Of a stretch of 32,000 nucleotides of DNA, positions 1 through 8,625 are shown piece after piece (the stretch's first letter is position 1; every line of letters starts with the position of its first letter). The notes beneath the pieces were generated by a model that saw only the letters and a list, made by a program, of their open reading frames with translations, was not told the origin of the DNA and did no database searches. The stretch is from Candidatus Methylomirabilis oxygeniifera (GTDB lineage Bacteria > Methylomirabilota > Methylomirabilia > Methylomirabilales > Methylomirabilaceae). The stretch lies in contig FP565575.1 in assembly GCA_000091165.1 (NCBI GenBank), positions 1,530,001-1,562,000 of the forward strand. Direction: 5' to 3'. A program made the position numbers and the translations under genes.

Positions 1-3000
1 GCCGGTCCCTTTGTAGTCAGCCTTGACCTGTTGCGGGGCCAGACCATCGTTCATCGCGGGACCGACCATGGCAAGGTGTGGGTCGCGATCACAGGCAGTC
101 AGCAGGCGCTTCAACCACCCTGGCGTAACGACCACGTCACCCGACAGCAGGATCACCGGCTCGTCACCCGACGATTGGAGCAACCGGTTGAGCAGTTGTA
201 CGGCAGGTACGTCAGCGGTTCCGATCTGCCACCCATCCGGACACGATGGCTGAGGCGGTGGAGCGCATCCGTTCCCGTTGCCGGTCGAAGGACTGATCGT
301 AATAGCTAACGGCTGGTTCGTGTGTTGGACCAGCGACGACCACAACGGGGTAATTCCATGACCGTTGGGAATAATGATGGCGCTGAACGGGGTCTCTCCC
401 ATGACGGCGGGCTCGCACCGGCCGGGATCCTCGCTAATCTCCCGCCACCACCGGCCGTCACTGTCACACCGGTGGTCAGCACCGACGTCAGGAAGCGGAA
501 CCGACAACGGCGCGCTCGGAGCCGACTGTGGCGGAAAGCGATACCCTTTTTCGTATAGCGCATCGTCGGGGATACCCCACTTCGCCTTGAACAACCCCCA
601 GTTGCGCATGAGGCTCTGACGGTAGTCGATCTTCGCAGTCTTGAACGTTTGGCTCCCAGTATGGTGGACAAAGACATCCAGCGCGATCCGCGCCCGAAAA
701 CCGACCTGGAATGCCCGGATACAGAAGTCGTCATCCTCGAAGTTGCCGCTGCCGAACTGCTCATCCAGCCCCCCGATACGCGCAATGACCGCTTTGCGCG
801 CAAGCAGGCAGAAGCCGACAACCCTGGTCGCCTCTCGACTTTGCCCGTCCTGGCTTTGAGCCCACCCCGCCGCAAATACGGCAAGCCCCTCACGTCCCTG
901 ATATGAGGTCTCCCGCACCAGTTGGGGACCCGACACATAATTGGACATCGGTCCAACGATACCGACATCGGGATGCGCGTTGAAAACCCGGAGCATCCGC
1001 GTGAGCCACCCTTCGGTGACAACGGTGTCGTTGTTGAGCAACAGCACATACTCGCCTTTGGCCAGCGCAAGCCCCTGATTGTTGCCGGCGGCAAACCCTC
1101 GATTCGTCGCATTTGCAACGATCCGGACATTGTCGTGAGCGGCCATGTACTCACGCAAGTAGGCGAGCGTACCGTCGGAAGAGGCGTTGTCCACAATGAT
1201 GAGCTCATGCGGCTCTGGAGTGTGCGCCTGGATACTCGCTAGGCATGGCCGCGTATGCTCAAGCCCATTGTGGGTGAGGATGATGATCGACGTGAGGCGT
1301 GAGGCGTGAGGCGTGAGAGGCGATTCGGTCTTCGGCATTCGGCCTTCCGCCTGCTGTGTCGTTACTTCAGCCTTCAGCCTTCGGCCTTCGGCCTTCATTG
1401 TTGGCTTAAACCAGTTGATACCCCACAACTCCACCGGGCTGGGAACGTTGCCGACGCCATAGTGGACTTCGAGTTTCGCGTACAGTTTGTCCGTACTCTC
1501 CTGAACAAGCCGCGACGTCTTCGTCTCCGCCTCCGACTTGAAACTGACCTGACCTTCGTGGTGAACGAAGGTGTCGGTGGCCACAAGCAATGTATAGCCC
1601 TTCAGCCGCAATCGCCACGACAGATCAAGGTCGTCGTTTCCCAGGAACAGCTCCTCATCCAGCAGACCGACCTCATTCAACGCCCGACGTGGCAACATCA
1701 GGCAGAAACCAATAAGGAGTTTAGTCTCTACGGCGCATCCTCGATTCACCCGCGCCATCTGTTCGGCGATCTCCGCGACGGTACGGCCGTTCTTCAGTTC
1801 AGGTTTATAGAGTTGATATTTTTGCAGCCCCGCCACGTAATCTGAAACCGGTCCGACCGCTCCTACCCCTGGTCCGAAATGGCCGATTAATCGATCCACC
1901 CACCCAGGCGTCACAACGGTATCGGGGTTGAGCAAAACTACGTATTCGCCGGATGACGCGCGGATCCCTTGATTGCAGGCGGCTGAAAACCCGACATTGT
2001 TCTGGTTGAGGATCGTCGTGATCCGGCCCTGATACTCGTGCAGGATCGACCTCGTCTTATCGGTTGAGACGTTATCGATGACGATCAGGTCGGTTGCCGG
2101 CCTACTCTCCTTCAACACGCTGTCGAGACAGGCTCGGATAGTGGAAGCAGAGTTATACGTTACGATCACGATCGACGCGATTACGGGCTCACCGGTAGTC
2201 GGTCTCTCGGCAACGCCCAGAGAGGAGGGCGAGGGCGGACTATAGGCCATTACTCGTCCTGCGTCTGTTTTGACATATGTGCCATCGCGTGTGATCACGA
2301 AATCCGGTATCGCCTTATCCGACCACTTCCGGCGAAGTCGTTCGAGATTGCGCGACTCTTGCCGAACTCGCTCCGATCCGCTCTGAGATTCATAATGAAT
2401 AACTACGCTCGTTGGTTCGTAGACCAAGCGCCATCCGAGACCCTGGAGCTTCAAGCAAAAGTCCACATCCTCACGCCCATTCCAATAGTTCTCATCGAAC
2501 CCCCTAACCTGCTCAAAAGCAGTTCTTCGCACTAGGAGACATGCGGCGGTTAGCGCCTGATACGTGCGAGGTTCATTCGCCCCTGGCAGGTGCGCTATCT
2601 GTCGGTAGTAGATGTGGCCTGCGTTTAGCCCCATGGACTCCCTTTGATCATCGATAATAATGACTCCCGCATGTTGAATGGTCCCGTCAGGGTACAGCAG
2701 CTTACTGCCGACTGCCGCAACGGCTTGATCGGCATCGAGGACCGCGACAAGCGGCTCAAACCAATTCGGCTGCACCTCAGTGTCGTTATTGAGAAATAAC
2801 AAGTTCGTGCCCACGGCAGCGCCTGCACCCTGATTACACGCATGCGCAAAGCCCATATTGTCGGTGTTGACGACCGCCCGCAGTCGTCCGGCGTCCTGCT
2901 CCAGGCGTAGAAACTCGGTTGTGCCATCGGAAGAACCGTTATCGACAACGATGAGTTCGTATTGACCAGCAGGAGTATGGCGACGGACAGCCTCTAAACA

Positions 3001-6000
3001 TTGGCGGGTCAGGTCCAGGCGGTTAAAGACGGGGATGATGATGGATGTGAGATGTGGATCGAAATTCGCACATCGAGGTTCCTCCGTGTCGGGGGCCAGC
3101 GCTTTTCCGTCCACAATCGCCAAGTTGTCCGTCGCTACGGCATTGCTCGGTTCCAGCGAAAGGACTTTCCGATAAAACGCCCGTGCCTGGTCGAATCGGC
3201 CGATCTCGGCGTAGCAATTGCCGACAATGAGGAGGGTCTCCACATCATGAGGCGCGTGCCGCAATACGGTCAGGTAGCTTTCAACAGCCTCGGTATAGCG
3301 CGCACTATCAAGACACAGACGGCCTAACAGCTTCAGCGCATCGATGTCGGCGGAATTCGCCGCCAAGACGCGACGGATAGACGCCTCCGCCTCCTCGCCG
3401 CGGCCCATATGGAGATAGACAGCCGCCAGATTGAGATGGGCGGCAGGGTAATCGGGGGCCAGGACCGTAGCTTTCACGAACTCGCGGCGGGCGGCCTCCA
3501 CGTCGCCGAGTTGCAGCAGGACGTTGCCATGGGCGACGATCAGCTCGGGATCGTGCGGAGCGAGTTGCACCGCCTGACTGAGCGCCTGCGCGGCGGCAGG
3601 CGGATCACCCTGAGCGAGGTGCTGCTCGGCCTGACGGATTTGTTCGATGACGTTGGCCGATCGGACGAGACTCGTCTGGACATCGCCAGAATCGGCTGAT
3701 ACCGATTGATATCTCAATATGGTCGCCGTCTCGTACCTGGAACTGACTTCTGACCGATCATTCATTGCTCGCGCGGTATTTGGGGTCGGAGCTGATGCCT
3801 CGCACGCTCTAGACGCAGCATTGTATACCTCAAGTGTGAGGGCGGCGATCCGATCCCAATTGTATTGATCGCGTAAATGGGTCTGCAGGGCCTGCCGACG
3901 ACGGCTATCGAACGCGTGATTATGATATGCGTCCCGGACTGCTCGTCGAATCGACTCAACATCGGCCGGATTACAGTAATAGGCCGCATCCCCAAAGTAC
4001 TCCGACTCAGCGCCTCGATTGCCCATCACGACACTACACCCCGCAAGCGCAGCTTCCATACTCGCAATGCCAGCGCATTCCCACCAACTTGGCAACGCAT
4101 GCACTCGTGCCGCCGACCTCGCTGAGGCAAGCAGCTCATCATCCAGTCGTCCCACGAAATGTGTCCCTTCAGGCGCAAATCGTCGACAGAGTTCGAGATA
4201 CGATGGAAGAACCTGGTCGCCGGCCGCCACAATCGGGAGCCCGGCGTCACGAAGCGCTATCAACAACATAAGCTGATTCTTTCTGGGCTCAACTCGTCCG
4301 GTTATCAGTACGAAGTCTCGGACGCCAAATCTATTGACGAATGGTTCAGGAGAAACGACACGAGATGGAACATCCGCACCAGTTGGAACGATCGAGGATC
4401 GAGGCATCCGCGAGATCTTTTCATCAAAAGTGCTCATCAAGAGCCGTTCTTCACCGGCGCTGATGGCAATGAGATGATCCACACCCTGTAAGATCTCCCC
4501 CTGCTCCTCTTCATACGTCGCATACAACTTATTGCCGCCCTTTCGGCTCACGCCGAACAACGATAAGGTGCCGCCGGCAATTTGCCGAAGCGCCTTAGCC
4601 AGATGCTTACGACTCTTTGTCTTGGCGATGGCGCCAGGCACCGCTACTTCCCCCCAGTAGCTCTCACTTCGGTCCCAGAAAAATGGGGTGAGAATGATCG
4701 GCGCCCGTGTCGCTCGCCGCAAGGCTGCCGCTTGGTGCAGGGTCACTTCCGGGCGCAGCAAATTGAACAGGTTAATGAGATCGTAGCCGGCGGGGTTGGG
4801 GTTCAGATCACAACAGATATCCACAATGACCCCTAGTCGCTCTAAACCCTCCTTCAGGCGCAACATATGAGTCGTATCACCGCCAGGAATGGTAAACGCA
4901 TCAGGACGATTGACAAAAAGGACACGCAGCATCGATGAAGCGACACCTCCGCGATCAACGCTCCCTGGACGTTGCAAGATCGGCGCATCGCCGTCGTCAG
5001 CGCAAGGGACTGAATCCCCTCGCCTGGCATGTCGCAGATCGTCATCGGCAAGACTTGTAAATACCTGTACGCCGTATGGTTTGAAGGAGTCAGATCTTAC
5101 GGTGGAACCCTCTTGGTCCGTCATCGGTCGAGATGCAGCGCCTCCAGACGCACAAGAGGGGAGACTGTATACTCTAACCCTCTTGGTACCGGTAGCCACA
5201 CACCTTCCATCAGGTTGAGCTACTACGTCGGCAATAATTCTACCCAACCACACATGGCAGAAGATCTCATGATTGCGCTCTAGGCAGCGAAATCGCTCTG
5301 GACCGCTCTGGTACTCATAATGGATGACGACACTCTTCGGCTCGTACACTGAGAGCAGCCCACGTTCCTGAATCTTCAGACAGAGGTCGACATCTTCAAA
5401 GCTGTTCCAGTATCTCTGATCGAATCCCCCTACTTGCTCAAAGGCGGATCGGCGAACCAACAGGCAGGCACCCGTCAGCGCCTGGTAGGTACACGACTGA
5501 TTAGCCTCGCGCAGATCAGCCGGTCTCTTATAGTAGACGTGCCGCGGACAGAGTTTTCCTGTCCCCACCTGATCATCCACGATGACCATACCGGCGTGTT
5601 GTATCGTACCATCTGGAAACAGTAGCTTGCTCCCTACAATACCAACCTCAGGATCAGCCTCAAGAACAGTGACAAGCGGCTCAAACCAATTCGGCTGCAC
5701 CTCAGTGTCGTTATTGAGAAATAACAAGTTCGTGCCCACGGCAGCGCCTGCACCCTGATTACACGCATGCGCAAAGCCCATATTGTCGGTGTTGACGACC
5801 GCCCGCAGTCGTCCGGCGTCCTGCTCCAGGCGTAGAAACTCGGTTGTGCCATCGGAAGAACCGTTATCGACAACGATGAGTTCGTATTGACCAGCAGGAG
5901 TATGGCGACGGACAGCCTCTAAACATTGGCGGGTCAGGTCCAGGCGGTTAAAGACGGGGATGATGATGGATGTGAGATGTGGATCGAAATTCGCACATCG

Positions 6001-8625
6001 AGGTTCCTCCGTGTCGGGGGCCAGCGCTTTTCCGTCCACAATCGCCAAGTTGTCCGTCGCTACGGCATTGCTCGGTTCCAGCGAAAGGACTTTCCGATAA
6101 AACGCCCGTGCCTGGTCGAATCGGCCGATCTCGGCGTAGCAATTGCCGACAATGAGGAGGGTCTCCACATCATGAGGCGCGTGCCGCAATACGGTCAGGT
6201 AGCTTTCAACAGCCTCGGTATAGCGCGCACTATCAAGACACAGACGGCCTAACAGCTTCAGCGCATCGATGTCGGCGGAATTCGCCGCCAAGACGCGACG
6301 GATAGACGCCTCCGCCTCCTCGCCGCGGCCCATATGGAGATAGACAGCCGCCAGATTGAGATGGGCGGCAGGGTAATCGGGGGCCAGGACCGTAGCTTTC
6401 ACGAACTCGCGGCGGGCGGCCTCCACGTCGCCGAGTTGCAGCAGGACGTTGCCATGGGCGACGATCAGCTCGGGATCGTGCGGAGCGAGTTGCACCGCCT
6501 GACTGAGCGCCTGCGCGGCGGCAGGCGGATCACCCTGAGCGAGGTGCTGCTCGGCCTGACGGATTTGTTCGATGACGTTGGCCGGTAGAGCCTCTTTCGA
6601 CGGCATCGCCAGGATGAGAAACTGAAGGGTCTTCAACTCCAGGAGCTCATCTGCGCCGACGTTCTTAATAACGATTTTACCCGTATCAATGTTGACACTA
6701 CCGCCGTCGCACTGAATGTTCCTGCAACGAACATCCGGAGCGCTTACGACCTTGAGTACGTTATAGCCGGTTTCGCGAAAGAATCGCTTTATTTCCTCGA
6801 GGGTAAAAAAACGCAGATGGGTCACGTCCAACAGGCCAATTTTTTCATACCGCCAGCGTCCATGAGCCAACTCATTCATTACCCAGAGATTGCGGATGTT
6901 CGGAATACTGGCAATAATCTGCGCACCAGGCGCAAGAAACGGCTTGAGCCTGATCATGGCGGACCAGGGATCCACCATATGCTCCAAAACGTCGCCGAGA
7001 ATGACGGCATCTATTGAGCGTTCGGCAATACCCTCGGCGGCAAAATCGATATCCTCCATACGCTGAGCATACACCTTGTCGATGTGTTGCTCCGCGATGT
7101 GGGCCGCTGCTACGTTGAGCTCGACGCCAAGAACATACGCTTCAGGATAGACTTTCTTGATGAGAGCTCCGGTGGCTCCAGCGGCGCAGCCGATCTCTAA
7201 AACCAGGCGCGGTGGCCTAACGAACATTTCTACGAGATCCCTGCGCGGATGAGTATATTCGCTCTTCACCCCGCCCTCATCGCCTTTTGCCAGCTCCTCC
7301 CAGACATAGTCCTTGTTCGGAGATAACGTGGCATTTCGTTCGCGCTTCAGCGCCATTTCCGTCATGAGCGCGACCACGCGCTCCGTCGCCTTACCGTCCT
7401 GACCGACATTGTAATAATCCGCTTTTGCCCGCATGGCCTCCACGAGACCCTCACGAAAAGAGGCATTTTCAAGCAGTAAGCGAATCGCCGTCGAGAGCTC
7501 TGGGGGTTCCACATCCAGGATGCCGGATCCCCCGTCGAAACTCGGCCCTAACCGCAACCCCGACGTGTCGACCAGATTGATCGCAGGCACGCCTGCAAGC
7601 AGGGCCTCTAAGGACAGATTGGAATCGACTGAAATGACGATATCGGCGCTGGCGACTAAGGCTTCCGTATCTGCTGTGGCGTAGATGACCCGTTCTCTCG
7701 GTAGATGTAAATCGTCCGCAATTTGCGCCACCGTCTCCCGGCCGGCCGCTGCATTGGCAGGACGATCTTTAATGAGAAAGTTTACCGAAATCCCATCCCG
7801 AATAAGTGTGTGGCATGCGGATAAAAAGACGCGTAGCGTCCTTCTATAGACATCGGCATCAGAAATCGCGGTCAGTTTTGCGTCCCAGGTCGCACCGAAC
7901 ACGACTAACGGCAATGCTCGATGTAAGCCGTACTTGGTGAATAGACCGCACTTAATCTGCTCGCGCTGTTCCCGCAAAGCGGGATAGATATCCCATGCGG
8001 GATTTCCCGTTACTCGGATACGCTCTTCCGACACCCCGGCGTCCAGAAGGCTCTCGGCGCCTCGCTTGCCGAAAACAGCCACCACATCGCTGAGCACTGC
8101 CGAATGCACCGTGTAGGCCTTCACGAGCGCAGTCGCATGAGAGAGATGCAGCGTGGGAATGCGATGCGTTTTGGCCCACTCTACCGCACATCTGGGAACG
8201 GACGTCCAGTCCTCGTTGACAACTACCAGCTCAATGAAATACTCACGCCATGCTTTCTCTAGAGCCTCAAGAACGATCATTCCACGCTGAACGCACGGCA
8301 ACAGCGCATCGGTGATGAGCGGCTTCACACGTTCCGCATCCAGGTGAAGGGTTTCGGCAAAAGATACCCAGCCCTGCTCCGACATAGCGCGGGAAGCATC
8401 ACGATTCACTGCTGCCGCTTTCTGCCCGATGGTGTGGATTTCACCAGCGTCAAGCAATTCCTCCAAGGCGACGACGGTGCCTCCAACCGCTGACACCAGG
8501 CGGCGTAATTCTACGGTGATAGCCCCACGCAGGGTCAAGACGATCCGAGGTCGCGTAGCGAGATACTGCTCCAACACGGGAACGGACTTCGGCCACAAAA
8601 GGGAGACCAGCGCGGTTTGCTTCAT
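1..8625 (-). CDS. Giant multidomain glycosyltransferase/methyltransferase fusion protein (at least 2875 aa; 3' end runs off the window). Domain order: GT-B-like, SAM-MTase, TPR, GT2, GT4, TPR, GT2, GT2, GT2, GT2-like.
   Basis: ATG 8625-8623 overlaps the TGA of the upstream gene (ATGA) and is preceded by an in-frame TGA at 8640-8638. I translated the minus frame whose codons start at coordinates divisible by 3 and found no stop down to base 1 (last codon = bases 3-1). The ORF track lists no complete minus-strand ORF in that frame anywhere in 1-8625, as expected if the frame never closes inside the window. Motifs read: RIRVTGNPAWD (GT-B/2-epimerase-like, ~8010); VLEIGCAAGATG..DAVILGDVLEH (class I SAM MTase, ~7200-6980); TPR-like repeats (6584-~6010 and 3659-~3085); IIIPVFNRLD..VVDNGSSDGT..FLNNDT (GT2, ~5960 and ~3035); MLRVLFVNRPD..GRVEPRKNQ (GT4, 4932-~3800); IVIVTYNS..VIDNVSTD..LLNPDT (GT2, ~2180); IIILTHNG..IVDNASSDGT..LLNNDT (GT2, ~1290); VILLSGDVVVTPGWL (GT2-like, ~400-1). 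Confidence 0.8.
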   Translation of the reverse strand, partial: MKQTALVSLLWPKSVPVLEQYLATRPRIVLTLRGAITVELRRLVSAVGGTVVALEELLDAGEIHTIGQKAAAVNRDASRAMSEQGWVSFAETLHLDAERVKPLITDALLPCVQRGMIVLEALEKAWREYFIELVVVNEDWTSVPRCAVEWAKTHRIPTLHLSHATALVKAYTVHSAVLSDVVAVFGKRGAESLLDAGVSEERIRVTGNPAWDIYPALREQREQIKCGLFTKYGLHRALPLVVFGATWDAKLTAISDADVYRRTLRVFLSACHTLIRDGISVNFLIKDRPANAAAGRETVAQIADDLHLPRERVIYATADTEALVASADIVISVDSNLSLEALLAGVPAINLVDTSGLRLGPSFDGGSGILDVEPPELSTAIRLLLENASFREGLVEAMRAKADYYNVGQDGKATERVVALMTEMALKRERNATLSPNKDYVWEELAKGDEGGVKSEYTHPRRDLVEMFVRPPRLVLEIGCAAGATGALIKKVYPEAYVLGVELNVAAAHIAEQHIDKVYAQRMEDIDFAAEGIAERSIDAVILGDVLEHMVDPWSAMIRLKPFLAPGAQIIASIPNIRNLWVMNELAHGRWRYEKIGLLDVTHLRFFTLEEIKRFFRETGYNVLKVVSAPDVRCRNIQCDGGSVNIDTGKIVIKNVGADELLELKTLQFLILAMPSKEALPANVIEQIRQAEQHLAQGDPPAAAQALSQAVQLAPHDPELIVAHGNVLLQLGDVEAARREFVKATVLAPDYPAAHLNLAAVYLHMGRGEEAEASIRRVLAANSADIDALKLLGRLCLDSARYTEAVESYLTVLRHAPHDVETLLIVGNCYAEIGRFDQARAFYRKVLSLEPSNAVATDNLAIVDGKALAPDTEEPRCANFDPHLTSIIIPVFNRLDLTRQCLEAVRRHTPAGQYELIVVDNGSSDGTTEFLRLEQDAGRLRAVVNTDNMGFAHACNQGAGAAVGTNLLFLNNDTEVQPNWFEPLVTVLEADPEVGIVGSKLLFPDGTIQHAGMVIVDDQVGTGKLCPRHVYYKRPADLREANQSCTYQALTGACLLVRRSAFEQVGGFDQRYWNSFEDVDLCLKIQERGLLSVYEPKSVVIHYEYQSGPERFRCLERNHEIFCHVWLGRIIADVVAQPDGRCVATGTKRVRVYSLPSCASGGAASRPMTDQEGSTVRSDSFKPYGVQVFTSLADDDLRHARRGDSVPCADDGDAPILQRPGSVDRGGVASSMLRVLFVNRPDAFTIPGGDTTHMLRLKEGLERLGVIVDICCDLNPNPAGYDLINLFNLLRPEVTLHQAAALRRATRAPIILTPFFWDRSESYWGEVAVPGAIAKTKSRKHLAKALRQIAGGTLSLFGVSRKGGNKLYATYEEEQGEILQGVDHLIAISAGEERLLMSTFDEKISRMPRSSIVPTGADVPSRVVSPEPFVNRFGVRDFVLITGRVEPRKNQLMLLIALRDAGLPIVAAGDQVLPSYLELCRRFAPEGTHFVGRLDDELLASARSAARVHALPSWWECAGIASMEAALAGCSVVMGNRGAESEYFGDAAYYCNPADVESIRRAVRDAYHNHAFDSRRRQALQTHLRDQYNWDRIAALTLEVYNAASRACEASAPTPNTARAMNDRSEVSSRYETATILRYQSVSADSGDVQTSLVRSANVIEQIRQAEQHLAQGDPPAAAQALSQAVQLAPHDPELIVAHGNVLLQLGDVEAARREFVKATVLAPDYPAAHLNLAAVYLHMGRGEEAEASIRRVLAANSADIDALKLLGRLCLDSARYTEAVESYLTVLRHAPHDVETLLIVGNCYAEIGRFDQARAFYRKVLSLEPSNAVATDNLAIVDGKALAPDTEEPRCANFDPHLTSIIIPVFNRLDLTRQCLEAVRRHTPAGQYELIVVDNGSSDGTTEFLRLEQDAGRLRAVVNTDNMGFAHACNQGAGAAVGTNLLFLNNDTEVQPNWFEPLVAVLDADQAVAAVGSKLLYPDGTIQHAGVIIIDDQRESMGLNAGHIYYRQIAHLPGANEPRTYQALTAACLLVRRTAFEQVRGFDENYWNGREDVDFCLKLQGLGWRLVYEPTSVVIHYESQSGSERVRQESRNLERLRRKWSDKAIPDFVITRDGTYVKTDAGRVMAYSPPSPSSLGVAERPTTGEPVIASIVIVTYNSASTIRACLDSVLKESRPATDLIVIDNVSTDKTRSILHEYQGRITTILNQNNVGFSAACNQGIRASSGEYVVLLNPDTVVTPGWVDRLIGHFGPGVGAVGPVSDYVAGLQKYQLYKPELKNGRTVAEIAEQMARVNRGCAVETKLLIGFCLMLPRRALNEVGLLDEELFLGNDDLDLSWRLRLKGYTLLVATDTFVHHEGQVSFKSEAETKTSRLVQESTDKLYAKLEVHYGVGNVPSPVELWGINWFKPTMKAEGRRLKAEVTTQQAEGRMPKTESPLTPHASRLTSIIILTHNGLEHTRPCLASIQAHTPEPHELIIVDNASSDGTLAYLREYMAAHDNVRIVANATNRGFAAGNNQGLALAKGEYVLLLNNDTVVTEGWLTRMLRVFNAHPDVGIVGPMSNYVSGPQLVRETSYQGREGLAVFAAGWAQSQDGQSREATRVVGFCLLARKAVIARIGGLDEQFGSGNFEDDDFCIRAFQVGFRARIALDVFVHHTGSQTFKTAKIDYRQSLMRNWGLFKAKWGIPDDALYEKGYRFPPQSAPSAPLSVPLPDVGADHRCDSDGRWWREISEDPGRCEPAVMGETPFSAIIIPNGHGITPLWSSLVQHTNQPLAITISPSTGNGNGCAPPPQPSCPDGWQIGTADVPAVQLLNRLLQSSGDEPVILLSGDVVVTPGWLKRLLTACDRDPHLAMVGPAMNDGLAPQQVKADYKGTG
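1292..1319. repeat. Heptanucleotide tandem repeat: GTGAGGC x3 plus GTGAGAG
   Basis: Read directly: cgtgaggcgtgaggcgtgaggcgtgagagg. It lies in the linker between two GT2 domains of the giant ORF (minus strand encodes ..PLTPHASRLTS..). Confidence 0.85.
1365..1397. repeat. Heptanucleotide tandem repeat: CTTCAGC x2, CTTCGGC x2, then partial CTTCA
   Basis: Read directly: cttcagccttcagccttcggccttcggccttca. Same interdomain linker (minus strand encodes ..MKAEGRRLKAEV..). Confidence 0.85.
2746..3659. repeat. Copy A of a 914-bp perfect direct repeat inside the giant ORF (partner 5671..6584; offset 2925 bp = 975 codons)
   Basis: Boundary comparison gives mismatches at 2745 vs 5670 and at 3660 vs 6585. 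Lines between the boundaries read identical. ORF-track peptides 3001..3327 = 5926..6252 and 3023..3217 = 5948..6142 are letter-identical. Confidence 0.9.
5671..6584. repeat. Copy B of the 914-bp perfect direct repeat (encodes the TPR block plus the first ~100 aa of a GT2 domain)
   Basis: Same evidence as copy A. Flanking sequence to the left of each copy (2330-2745 vs 5255-5670) is still homologous at protein level but diverged (AVLDADQAVAAVGSKLLYPDGTIQHAG vs TVLEADPEVGIVGSKLLFPDGTIQHAG). Confidence 0.9.

Noticed and set aside
2746-6584. The repeats considered as a CRISPR array or IS element, and the Uma2 variable patch considered as a DGR target
   Set aside because: There are only two 914-bp copies, both fully coding and in frame, with no short regular spacers and no transposase. 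The Uma2-1/Uma2-2 substitutions are not adenine-specific, and no reverse transcriptase is present in the window.
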